This document shows, in pieces, positions 41,588-54,900 of a DNA stretch of 64,000 bases (its first letter is position 1; the number at the start of each line of letters is the position of its first letter). Position numbers and translations under genes: made by a program. The stretch lies in NCBI GenBank assembly GCA_964035545.1, contig OZ037765.1, positions 17,794,995 through 17,858,994 on the forward strand, written 5' to 3'. The notes beneath the pieces are model-generated. The model was not told the DNA's origin and searched no databases. It saw nothing but the letters and a program-made list of their open reading frames with translations. The DNA comes from Bugula neritina. Taxonomy: Eukaryota > Animalia > Bryozoa.

Positions 41588-44500
41588 TTGTAGAGGGGTG
41601 AGAATATGACATTTATCCGTGATGTTTGCACTTTATTTATAAAGCCATATACACACAGCTTTTAGTCACTGAATTTGCTATTAGAAAAGTTTCAGCAGGT
41701 GGTGCATGTATTTTGGCCTCTAGACTAGTGCTATACACATTAGAAATCATAACAGATGCTTTTGTTGCAAAAGTTTGTAAAGTGGAGAAATATTTACATA
41801 CTAAATGCTATAGTGAACATAAATATACCCGTAATAATTGTAATATATTTGTTTTGTTGCAACTTCACCTCCATGCACACCACATTACTGTAACTGACAA
41901 GGAAAGCCAACAATAATCTGATATTTATACAATATTCTATCTTGCTAAACTTGTATGGGCTACACATATTACTTACTCAACAGGTACTTTAGGAAAGCTT
42001 TGTATGATGAAATGGATGAAAATTCATATTGGATCCAGTTCCACAAGTTTACAGATGATGGGGCTGCTACAGTACAGAGCCTGCGCTCACCCTATCATGT
42101 TAATATATTCGAGCGGTTTCAATGCAACATTTTTACCTGAAAACAGTGCTTTATTTAAAATCTATAGCTGCTAAATAAAGTGTGGCTAGTGCTGCTAAGT
42201 TCCTGCTATAGCATAGCTCATTCAAAGTGTTATATAAGTCAGTAGAGAAAATTAGTGGCTGCAACATTTTCAAAAATTGTAGCACAAGTAGCAGTCATCT
42301 TTATCAGAAATACATTGACTGTTAGCAGCTCACCATGGCTGCTAGAAAGCATACTTATTTGTGGCAAAGTTTCATTATTTTGTTAGATTATAATTTATTG
42401 TACTGCTTTCAGTATTTATGTCTACTTCATGTCTCATTCTATTTGTGAATCAAAAATATCTGTAAGCGTCTAAAGACATGAGTTGAAGTAATTTTTGCGT
42501 ATGCCACGACATGCTTGTATACTTTATTATTTGTCTCACTTTAATACTAAATCTTTGCATATTCACCATTCTAGTCAGTTTCATACTGTTGTTTTATAAA
42601 TCTATATCTGTTTGAAGCTATTTTACAAGAGTGGATAAAATTTTAATATCATATTTTGTTGGTAGCATTTCATGCAATTTATGTTTACAGTTACATAACT
42701 GAAATACAGCTGTAATCTCACTCAAATAATGTATTTATTAATGAAACTCTATTGCTGCTAAAACTGCATTACTAGATTAGAAAATATGATGACATTAGCC
42801 TATGAATTCACTTTTATAGCATGTAAAGATTCACATCTCACAACTAACTTGTTGAACGCTATTTGGAACAAAGTTTGCCAACAAAGTATGCTTTGTAAAA
42901 TAATAGCTGTAAAATTTCTTTGCCTAAATTTTGAACAAATTTATTCAGTAGCTTTGAATTTTGAAAAAGGTGTCAGCTAGCTACATTAGAGTTGATGTGT
43001 TAAAAATTTGAGCTGATCAAGTATGCAGAGTTACCTTCTCTATTTTTAAAGTTTCAAAAACTCAGTGGTGTGGTTGTGTGCACACCATTTAATCATTAAC
43101 TGTTTTACTATTATAAACAAACTTTGACTCATGCACACACATCACGACGTAAGCAACTTAAGGAGCTACGAGTTTTGAATAATGTCAAAGAGTTTGCATT
43201 CATGGCTATAGTTAGAGTGCTCAAAAAACAGTATATAAATGCGATCAAATATCAGAAAAAATCTTAATATAACCAGCATTTTAGTAATATAGAATAAAGT
43301 CACCTACAACGTTATTTCATGGCACACAAAACAAGACACATGCCATATGTCAGGGTGTTCTTATAACTAAAAGACAAATAAAACAAATAGATTACAAGTA
43401 GTTTTGAAAAGCGAAAGAATTGACAATAAAATATATACATTCAATAATAAAAGGCTCCACGGTTGTCATTCTGCAAAATGCATGTAGAAATATATATGTA
43501 GAAATTATAAGCTTAGGTTGCTGCTCAATGAGCACAATCTATAAGGTTCATTTAAGCCTAGATTACATTGCTTAGATGTGTACTTGCAGCTCTTGACATG
43601 GCAAATTATGTTGTAGTGTAACCACTGTTCTTAATATTTACTTAGCTCTGTTGAGCTAGTGTCTATATTTTTCATATTTAAAGCTCAAACAGACACAAGC
43701 AGTTGTAGACATTTAATAATTCATATATCCTGAAAAACAAGAAAACAACTTCCATTGTATAGATGGCGCTGTATGATGCAATGGTAATAATGAATATATT
43801 GAAAGCTTGTTAAATAATTTTTATAGGTACATTATAAGGCTAATGCTTCAAGTTCTTATTGCATTTACAAATTAATTTACAAGGTACATAATTGCAATCT
43901 AATTATAGTTTAATTAATGTATTGGCTACAACAAAGTTGAAAAAGATTTTTTTATGAAAGTCAATCGTGAGCTTAAGAAGCCTGAGTTTGTTCTTATTTT
44001 CAACTCAAAAATCAAATTTTCATCAAATTGAAGAAGATAGTGAATTGATTTCATTAGAAAAATATAAATTAATATAAAGTTATGTAGTTTATAAAATTTT
44101 TTAACAAAATAGTTACTGCATAGTGTGCTTACCATTCAAGAACTAACTTGTTTCTAGCTTCACTCAGAACATTAATAGCTAAATTTTTTGAGGCATGTAA
44201 ATTTAATTGTGAATATTTTTGTGTTATATTTTATTATATTATTCCAAAAATAAAGCTTGCTAATATATCATGTATATCATGAGTAGAAAACAGCCCTTGA
44301 AGCTTTGTCTGCAGTGCTACGTGCCGTATAGGAGTAACTCTGTAATGAGTCAGATCCAGCATAAACCACAGACCTACTCATTAGAGCCAGATGGCTGATG
44401 AGCTTTGAGTGTAAACAAATAGCTGATGGCAGACCTGCAGTTAGTTGTTACTGTTTGCAGGAGAGAGCTAGAGCCTTGGAAATTGTCTGCTTTTGCCCTT

Positions 44501-45404
44501 AAGTGAGCCCAAAGTAAAACCTAGCAATGTAAGCCAATTTACAAGCCTGTGGTTTTATGAACCTAACAGAATCTTGTATCTATATTATATTATATTTGCA
44601 TTTTATTACAAAGCTGTTGTTCAAAATGTAATTATGAACAAGTTTTGCTAAAACAGAACTATTTGAAATTAGGTAACCAGTTATATAATATAATTAGGAT
44701 GTGCAAACTAGCTTAGAGTTGTTGCAAAATACATCCTTATAAAGTTTTTCAAATTGTTTCTGCAATAATTTTTGTGCTTTTGAAAAATTATGCTATATTT
44801 AGGTATGGGAAAGTTGTTTCGTATAGTTGTGGATATCAATATAATATAATAATTTAAAAAACCAACCTCAATATTTACCCCTCCCCTCCCCCTCCAGTGT
44901 TAGTATGACTCATTGTTTAGTAGCTTCAACTATAATTAAAGCATAGTTGAAGCATTTATAATTGCATGAAGTGCTCCAGCTTCCAGAGAAATCAAATGTT
45001 TTAGAAGAAGCCGCTGTAATTTGTCTGAATTGCACAGATATGTACACAAGTAGAATACTACAGAAATGAATCAAAGGCACTTAGTAGGAGTAGTAAGTTC
45101 AATGAAAACTGTGAGAACAATATCAATGAAATATCAATAAATGACTTTCAAGTTGCAGTTTAAAATTTAATATACTAAAACTCAAGCTGCTATACAAAAA
45201 TGCCACTGATAGGCTAGTAATATCTTAAGCAGTGTTTCAATCTTCACCTTGCAAATTGAAATAACAGCAAGTATAGTTATTGTCATTTAGTGAAGAGCTT
45301 GCAGTTATTTATAGCTATTCCATTTAATGGAGAGTTTATTAATGGACATAGTAATAAATATTTGACTTGGTCACTGTCTAATACTCATATGGCACCATCT
45401 AACG

Positions 45405-45739
45405 CAGGGCTGTCCAACAGGCGACCCTATAGGGCTGGATGTGGCTGTCAACCGACATTTTATATGTGGCCCTCAATAGCATAACAAATATAATTATTTT
45501 GCCTGCATATATGAATTACAATGGAAAAAACATCTTTTTAATGTCTTATTTATATACATGCAAAAAACATGCAGCCTGCAGAGTTATTGGGACTTTATTG
45601 TGTAATGGTTCATGAGAATTTGGAATAAAGTATTTGAAAAAATAGTGATGATGTGGTCCCAGCTCAAGATAAAGTTTTAATTGTGGAGGAATATTCCTGG
45701 ATTTCAGTGGCCTTCGCTATTAAAATTTGGACACCCCTA
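45405..45739. mobile_element. hAT (Charlie-like) MITE
   Basis: TIRs CAGGGCTGTCCAAC / TTTGGACACCCCTA; perfect 8-bp TSD ATCTAACG (45397-45404, 45740-45747); same TIR type as 9441-9781. Confidence 0.9.
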
Positions 45740-48700
45740 ATCTAACGAGTAAATTAGAAGAAAGTTCATTTATTAAGCTCTTAGAAATATTATTACTTGT
45801 ATGTTTTATGGAGTAGCCATTACATCTAAGGATAAGCCTTTGAGGTGCAAACGTGAATCAACATCAACTTATCTATTTGGGAACAGATGGATAATATTGT
45901 GTCAGTTTACACAATGCTGGAGTGATAACTTTCTACTGTGTTTTCAGGAAGGGTCAGCTCTAATGAGTCTATAATCTTGTGAAACAAACTACTCGAATCA
46001 AACACATTTATATTGCGCTATAATGAGTTCACAAGCCTCTATTTAAATTTTACAGCACTTGCAATAATTTTTATAGATTCTTAAATATCAAAGTTCTAAT
46101 TTTATTGCTCAGCAAAACATGATTTACAGCACCAAGTGAAACTGTTCATCAGTGAACATCAAACAACTCACGCTTGCTTTACAAGCTTCAACAAGTGTAA
46201 TTGGCAGATTTTGTAACACTATTTATTGTATAAACTTTAATATAATACTGTACGCTGACATTGCAGAATTTTGGCCACGTACCTACTTAAGTACGAAAGC
46301 TTTAGATAAGGTTACGTCTATATAGCAGTAATTTGAATATGGTTAAGGGCCACTTACTCTGTGAATACTCGTGGCATCGTTTTTTAAAGATGAAACATTC
46401 AAAGAGTTTCATCCTGTGGCAGATGAGCAGAATTTCTGGTGCCGTGAATAAAGCAAAGTATATTAGGAATGGCTGACAGAAATTAAGTGGAATTTACTGT
46501 TGGTTATATGCTCCTGTTGCCTTGTGGTACGCTGCTGCCAGTTTGATCAGGCATTATGCTCAGGTCAGACATCATTATAAGGTCAAAATACTTCTAATTA
46601 AAATGTAATAACTGTAGCTTTGTTATTGGAATGGTTAACTATCCCTTGCATTTGTTTTTCCATTTTATATCATTTAATTGCTAAAATATTCTGAAACTAC
46701 CAAATTTCCATCTTGACACAGCCCAAGACTTGACAGCAAATTCTCTCAATATCCAATGACGTGTCAGGCAAATCTAAAATGAAATTTAAGACACAAGTGA
46801 TATTATTACAAGCCCTAATAATGTGCCACGAACATAGAATAATAAGTATGAGAAATACTGTACGAAGTGGACATCAGAGATACATGCATATAGCATTGTA
46901 TCCATCTATGACTGCTGCCAGTGCTGTGATTTGCTTACAGTGGCTGCTAGCAAGATACAAGTGGTAACTACAGCACATTCATTTAATGAAAAATTACTTT
47001 TGTAAAACTTGAGAGATAAACCCGATGCATCTGCCCTGAAAAACTTCTTATTCGCTACTTTACTAGTCAGTATAACGTGCACTGCAGTAGCGAGGTTCGA
47101 GAATTTGTTGCTTAAAAATTTGAATTCATGACAAAATTTTACTCAGAAAAATTAAGAATAGCATGTTTGACTATAATGGTGACTATATTGGTGCTGCTAT
47201 TATAGCTTTGTTATTCCGGTATTAACATTATTGCTATTACATTGATATATTGCATAACTACTACTACAAGTAGCTTACTGAGGAGTATGTTCAATTAAAA
47301 AGTTTGATATCTGGTCTGATGCAGTAAACTGTTGTCCTCTAGTTATTAATCTTAGCCACAACATAATATGGGCATTCAGCAGTTGCAGCTTGTTGGTGAG
47401 AATATTATAAACAATTTTGACTGCACAGTTCAAATACCTACACTTATTATATAATTTAAAACAATTCAGATATTGTTTTAATTAACTTGTAAAATTGCAA
47501 TTTTTTAATACATGTAGCTTCTATATTTTATCAATTTAATGAAATTGAAGCTACCCAATATGTTCACTTTCAAGCTTGAACCTATGAGCCTAATCATTAT
47601 GCTACACTACATACTGCTATATTAACTTTAATAACATGACTAAGCACTAATATGCATCTTATTGGCTCCGGCTACGCCTTTTTTACCTTATCCGTTAGCG
47701 GCGCCAAATCACATATTCTGAAGAGTCAGCAGTAGTTTGAAAAGCACACACTAGTTAACCAATTAGAACTCTAGACAGATCAATTAAAAATCTATGCTTT
47801 TATATCATAACTGGATTTAATTCCACGGTGACACGGCTCCTACTCTCTGACTATCCAGAGTGGCAGTGTCATTAGTAGACATAAGATACGTCCATTACTC
47901 TATACTCGCTTATTAACTTTCATTAGTGTGCTAATGCTGTACCCAAGTTTATGTAGTGTTCATTTATTTTTACACCTATTTTCGTAGTAAGACAATATAA
48001 TGCATATTTATGTTATTAGCTATTAATAACATGAGAATATGCCTAAAAGACTGGAACTCCATTAGTGTTGAATGTTGTTGCTATTCAATGACTGGCTAAA
48101 CTAGCATATTCTGTTAAAAAATGCCCAATATATAAATAGACACAAAAAGCAGTTTCTAGTTCTACCAATGAAAGTTATTTCCAGATATTTCAAAATATAA
48201 TATAGAAATATATTTTACAATATATGGCATGTATATATAATTGTTCCATTATTTGTCTTGTCTTTTCGGTTCCAGAATTCACTTTAGGGAAATTAATTTG
48301 CATTATAAGCGTATATCTGGTTCGGCAGTTCTCAGGCATTGCGAATACACTGCTACTTTACTCACTTTGCCAGCTATACTCCCACTTCTATTTATATAAA
48401 ATGACAGTTTTCAGATATGAGAATGGGCAGCAGGCATCTTTGTCTTCCACTGTTTACACTACAGAACTCTGCTACCCATTAGCTAGGTATGCTGCAGTAA
48501 ATCAAACTATCTATTTTTGGCAATAGGCGCATTAAAAAATCTAATTAATAACAAAAAATTTGGAGACATTCATACTTACTATACAATTGCTAAATTAAAT
48601 TGTGCTAATATGCCTTAGTATTTAACCACAGGGTCTGTCATGAGAGCAGTTCACTCATGTCTCCAATTAAGATTACCTCAAACAGACTGCAATCAAGTTT

Positions 48701-51700
48701 CACAACCAAACATTCTCTTTGCTAGCCAGTTTTTAAAGATCCAAGCTTTCATATTATATGACACGATTATTATAGCCCAACTGCTTAATTAAGAGTAAAC
48801 TTAAAGGTAATTTCAGGAGAGCAAGCTGTTGCTGCTACAGCATTACATGATTTGTTTACAGATATTATGGCTGATGATCTAGCAGCTGCCAGTAACTGAC
48901 AACTGACTATTGACTAATTACCTCACAAATACTGTTATGTAATATTGAAAGCTTTAATTAGACAATTATTACTGATCTGCTAAACAAAACTATTGTCTTC
49001 CTGCTAAAATGTTTGATCAGTTTGACTTTTCAGTTTACCAATATAGATTGATGAAAGATATTTTTATTTTCTTCTAAACTATCCATATTTTTAATCTATT
49101 TAAATTCACTGCCAGCACTTTATTTATGAAGTCCTACATTTATTCACTTTAGCGTATATACTTTTACTTGCATATTTTTCTAACTTTATAGAGTCAGACA
49201 ACAAGTTAATAATATACATATTACACTTGCTTCTGATGTTTTTGAAAAAATGAAACAAGTTTACTAAACAAATTGAAGGATCTAAATAAACTCCAATGAT
49301 TAGTATTATATTTATAGCAGATTTTCCAACCACATTTTAATAATGACCAATATAATTTATTCTTATGGGTAAAATTATTCCTAAATTGTAGCTTATATAA
49401 CATATTTTCTATAATTATTACTTTAGAATTTTTCTCTATAAATAGATTCTTATAAATCGGCTATAATGCCACAACAAGTTTTGAGATTAAAGTCTTTAGT
49501 GTGCAAAAATTGTTATTAGAATTACCTAAGTTGCCAGACATATTATTGACAAATGTATGATTTTTGTTCTAATAAATAAAAGCTTGAATACGAACTTTAA
49601 CCAAGTAACCAACTTTGAATAAAGAGGACTAACAAACAATCAAACAGAGTAATTGCAAAATACAGCAAGCTACTGATCGAGTCAAAAATGTAAAAGCATA
49701 CTTGATGTGTTGCTTGCATGGAAGAAAAGTAAAATGTCAACATTGTTAACATAAAAATATTGTAAGAATTTTTATTTAAAATAGTGGAAGATAATGTTGA
49801 AAGTACTTTCATATAGTATGTAGATATACTTTATATAATTTTGATTGTGGCTCACAGCCAAATGTCAAACTTTTTGTGTAATTTAATGATTGCAATATAA
49901 ACTTGCTACTTTCTAAATGTTTAATGTCATTACACACAGTGGTAGCATATTATAACAATCTATTTATTTATAACAATAGCTTCCTACAATTATAGTCAGC
50001 ATAATTCAGTAAAAAGGCTATAAGCCAAAAATATGCAATATTCTAACACAACAGCATGCACTAGGTTATTATAGACTTGTATGTTGACTATATAAAACTG
50101 TTTATATTTTATTTTTCTGATGATAAGATGACACTGGCCATAGACAGTACTAGAATATCTCTCTTAATAAATAGCAACTGCTTTCAATTTTAAAAATAAT
50201 TCAAGGAAACCCTCATGTATTAGTTTAAAGCTGATTTATTTAAATAGTGTAATTAACATTTCAAGGTACACACCTAGCTGCAACACCAACACTAAAGCCA
50301 GGTGTTTGGGGTTCCGTTGGCCTCACAACAAATAATTTTCTAGCAGAATCATGATAAGAAATTGTAAAAAAATGCTACAGACTTTTAAAAGATTTAGACA
50401 GGACAGCTGCCAAAATAACCTATTGTTCTACAATTCTAACCACTTGAAGTCAGCATTGTTGATTTTAGTGGATGTCACCCTGAGTCAGTATCAATTCCCA
50501 CAGCTGAGCTTTTCTCAAATGAAACAGCAGTTTTGCAGCTTAGAATGATACACTTGGCATCAGCTTGTTTCACAGTTAGTCATATTACCAACTCGTGCTA
50601 TCTAATGTGATCACACAAGTGTGAATATATGCTGTGACATGGCTTCTTATTTCAGTTGTTCTGAATTATAACCATCACCCACAATATGTTACTATAATTA
50701 TATATAATTAGGTTTTGCAGAAAATTATTTAAAAGATGGCAGGTTTTTAAACATGTTTAGATTGTTCACATTTTAAAAAATTTTCCTTCAAGAGTTTAGC
50801 ATGTTTTGTGTTGCTTCAATCATGTTAAGATTTGTTTCTGCTACATTATTTAGATAGAAAGTTTATATTTATGTGTCCATTTCAGTGATTAGTTATATTA
50901 AAATCTTCAATTAGACAACCCAGCTTTTTCGTTAGTATGTGGAGAGGGGTGTGGTATACTATTATATATATGTAAAATTTTACATTCATATTTTGGAATA
51001 TGCTACTGTTTGTATACCAAATATTTACATACATCCTGACATCTACCATTGACAAAAAATTCCTAAAAATGTTTATATATAACAACTTCTGATTTGAACA
51101 TGATGAACATAATATGAAATTAACTGCACTTTAGTATAAAATAATAATAACTTTCTCATATCCTTGGGTAATTTTATTATGTCATACTTGCATAAACATA
51201 CGAGAACATGCATACATACGCATATACATAAATATATGAATACATGTTCATACATATATAAGCTGTCTATCTTTGTGCACTTGCAACTACACTATTTTAA
51301 GATAATTTGGTAATTGTGACCAAATGTTTTGCCCTAATTATACCACATTTTATATAAGATCTTAAACCTGCTGAGGTTTCTGGTACAATATTTAGGCAGA
51401 ATAAATGTCATTATTACAAAGCCATAAATTCTATATTTGTAACAGTTACTTACCTATTTGCTTAAAATGTCATTTTTTGTGGTGTCATTAGATTTCTACT
51501 AATGATTTTCTGTGATTGCTAAAGTAAACATACTATTAATCCAATTAGTGGATGAAAACATGACTCTTTGTGGGTGGCATCCATTAGCTGTCATTACTTA
51601 TCTCCTATAAGACAGCAGTGCAGTATTTCTTATACAAACAGATGAAGTGTATTATTTACATGTTTTATAATTTCCATGATAACTCTATATTTTAACTGCT

Positions 51701-51959
51701 GTCAAAATAGATTTAGGTTCAATGTTTGGATAAGTTGAGATTTCACTGCTCTCAAGCGAAAAGGTTAAAGGTGAAGCTATTAGCTGTCTGCCTTAAGGAT
51801 ATAAGGCTACAGTGAGGAAACTATAAGACTCCTCCTAGTTGAACCTCTTTACACAGAGTTTATAGCTGCTTGTGAGAGGTTGTCTATATCACATGTGAGC
51901 ATTGCTGTAATTCTGCGCACCCTTTTTCATTGAGATTTCTATAGTTTATAAGACGGGAA

Positions 51960-54900
51960 ATGCTTCATGTATCAAGAAAAGAGAGCCTTAAGTTGGACAA
52001 TTCCACAGCTTCCACAGATAGACATCATGTCACATCTTCAGAATTCCATCCGTTTGTTACAAAACACGAGGCACAGTCAGAATTTACTTCTAAACAGGAA
52101 ACTCAGACGTACCAGAAGCCATCAGCTGAAGACGAAGAAAGTGTTGGAGAAGACGCCAATTCTGATAAAGCTAGCGTCAGTGGGGACAGTATATCTGAGA
52201 AAAAGAAATGTGTTAGCGGGAGAAGGCAGGAGAAGCCTCCGTATTCATATATAGCACTCATAGTAATGGCTATACAATCTACACCAACCAAACAATGCAC
52301 TCTTTCTGAAATATATTCATATCTTCAACAAAGATTTTCATTCTTTAGAGGAAGTTATCAAGGGTGGAAAAACTCAGTACGGCATAATCTATCTCTTAAT
52401 GAATGCTTCATCAAGTTGCCCAAAGGTTAGCCATATAGTTTTAATTGATAAGCTTTTTTATTACCATACAATGAGTTTTATATGTTCCATAAAATTAAAT
52501 TATTCTCAATGCATTTCCTTAAATTAATTGTCCTGATGCTTTTTGGTTTCGCTGTCATCATCAAGCTATATTCCTTCAATTGTTTATAAAACATTAGGCA
52601 TGAAACAATAACAAACTATAAGTAAGCCAACACAACTTGCAACATGTATATATGTCTCAGAATACTAAATGGCAATTGCATATTACTTAATAATACTATT
52701 ATTTTTTTCTTATGCTGTACAAATTTTATTGTACAATTAACCACGTAAAAACAAACTATAGTAAATGCAGAATTTTATTCGATTTATTTAATTTTCTCTA
52801 AGATTTTAGGAACATCTAAAGTTATTGCTTATTGCTTCTATTATTATGAGTCAAACAGAGTTAACTCTAAAGTCATGGTACTCGCAATTTTTATTTTAGA
52901 GTTGTTATGGTTATATATGTAGTTTCAGAACAGAGTTTTACATGAGATTGATGATGAAACAGATTAGTTTCTTTGCACAACTATTATTATAAGCTTGGGT
53001 GTCACACTTTGTACTCTCCCAAATTGTAAATATTACGGAGAAATGACAACCATATACTTTTACAATCTAACTTGAGATTATTATTAACCATCATGCTGTA
53101 ATTCTCTAAACTTTGTGTGTTAGCTATGTTCCTTATATTGTGACAATTTTCTTGCTGGATGCAATCCAATTGTTTATTCTACCAATAAACAATTTTCTCT
53201 CCGTATATACATGTACATAATATGCTACTAATCTAGCCAGTATTTATTTACTCTGAAATTATAGGGAGATGCTTAGTTATTAGCATATAAAAAACTATAG
53301 ACAAGTGTTGAAACTTAGTCCTGTGTACCAAAGTATTTTTTAATATATTTAAATTTTAATGTTTTAAAATATATTTTTAGCTACTGCAACCATTGCTAGA
53401 TTTTGCACACATGAGCCAAAAATTGTAAAAATGTGATTACAGAACCTAAAAAGTTTTTGTATTACAGGTCTGGGAAGACCAGGGAAGGGCCACTACTGGA
53501 CCATTGATCCTTCTGCTGAATTTATGTTTGAAGAAGGATCCTTCAGGCGTAGACCCAGAGGCTTCAGAAGGAAATGCCAAGCAATTAAGCCTTATTCTTC
53601 TCACAGCTTCGGGGGTTATGACTGGCCAAATGCAGCCGCTCACTACGACCAAAGTCTTATACACCACAGTGGGACGCACGCAACCCCTCAGTACTATTCG
53701 CCATATTCAGCGGCGCCGGTAGTGGACAATAGATCTTACGGCTGGTACAAACAGCCTATCAGTCCCCCAGAATCATTAAATGTTCTAGCTCAGAATACAC
53801 AGTTTGAAAATACAGGAGCGTACTCTTGTCACCTCGCACAAAACCAGCAAGCTTCAGAACTGCAGCAATATCAAATGGAATTCTTCAACAGTGAGTAGCT
53901 ACTAATATTTGTTTCCAACTTTAATGATTTGCCATAAAAATAAATATTTCAACTTATTCATCACATAACTAATAAAGTTCAAAAGTTGAGATGATATTTA
54001 GTGCTACGGAGATAAGTTATCACTAAAATATTATGACAAAGTTGCTTATCAGTAACAACTGACTACATCATACTATTTACTAAACACTAGCAATGTATGG
54101 CAGCTAACAAGTCGACTTTGTATGAGAATAAAGGAAGTCTAATCAACATGCTTTTACAGCTTTTGACACATACTGGGACAGTTTTTCTCAATTTTTTAAC
54201 TGTTTTCAAAAAGTCATTACAAGCATTTCTGGTTGAATGATAAGCAATGAATGCTCAATTAGTGCTAATGAAGTTGATATAGGCAATCTTACAACAATCA
54301 TTACATGGCATCAAAATCTAATTTGCTCCAACATGTTGAATTATATAATTTGACAGTGACACCCCACAGTGGTATTAGCAAAACATTCAGATGTGAGGTT
54401 CTTAGCCAGCATAATTATTTACAAACAAAGCCAAGGTAAATACATGACTGTAAACTTTGATAGCAATGCTAGTTGGCCAGTTCATTTATTACTGTTTATT
54501 GGTATACAAATTCAATATTATGAATACTAATCAAACACCCTTAGAAGTTTATAACCTAAAAAAGCTAACAATGTAACAATAGTATTATTAGCTAGAAGTC
54601 ATAGTTCATATTAGTACTGCCTGGCATATTATAGTATAAACGTGTAAATGTATTATAAACAAAAATTTTTAAATCATCCTAAAAGCAGTCAATTTAAATT
54701 ATTTGTGAAACAATAACAATAAATTTAGCTAGAAATAGAATACTATAATAAAAGTGAAAACTGCTATAAAACTATTGGTGTTTAATTTTCAAGTCTAAAT
54801 AAGGTTTACAAAATTAAGTTTTGAAGTTGCAATAATAAACAGTTGATAAGCAAGCTACTTAGGAAATGCATAAATGGGTATTTTTAAAACTTACCATTAT

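Noticed and set aside
42786-51255. Short ORFs (60-100 aa) in the Dscam-FoxF intergenic region
   Set aside because: Composition typical of random AT-rich frames, with no motifs and no phase-consistent exon chains.
51571-51579. Gli site upstream of FoxF (TGGGTGGCA)
   Set aside because: Only a 7/9 match to TGGGTGGTC and isolated; not supportable.
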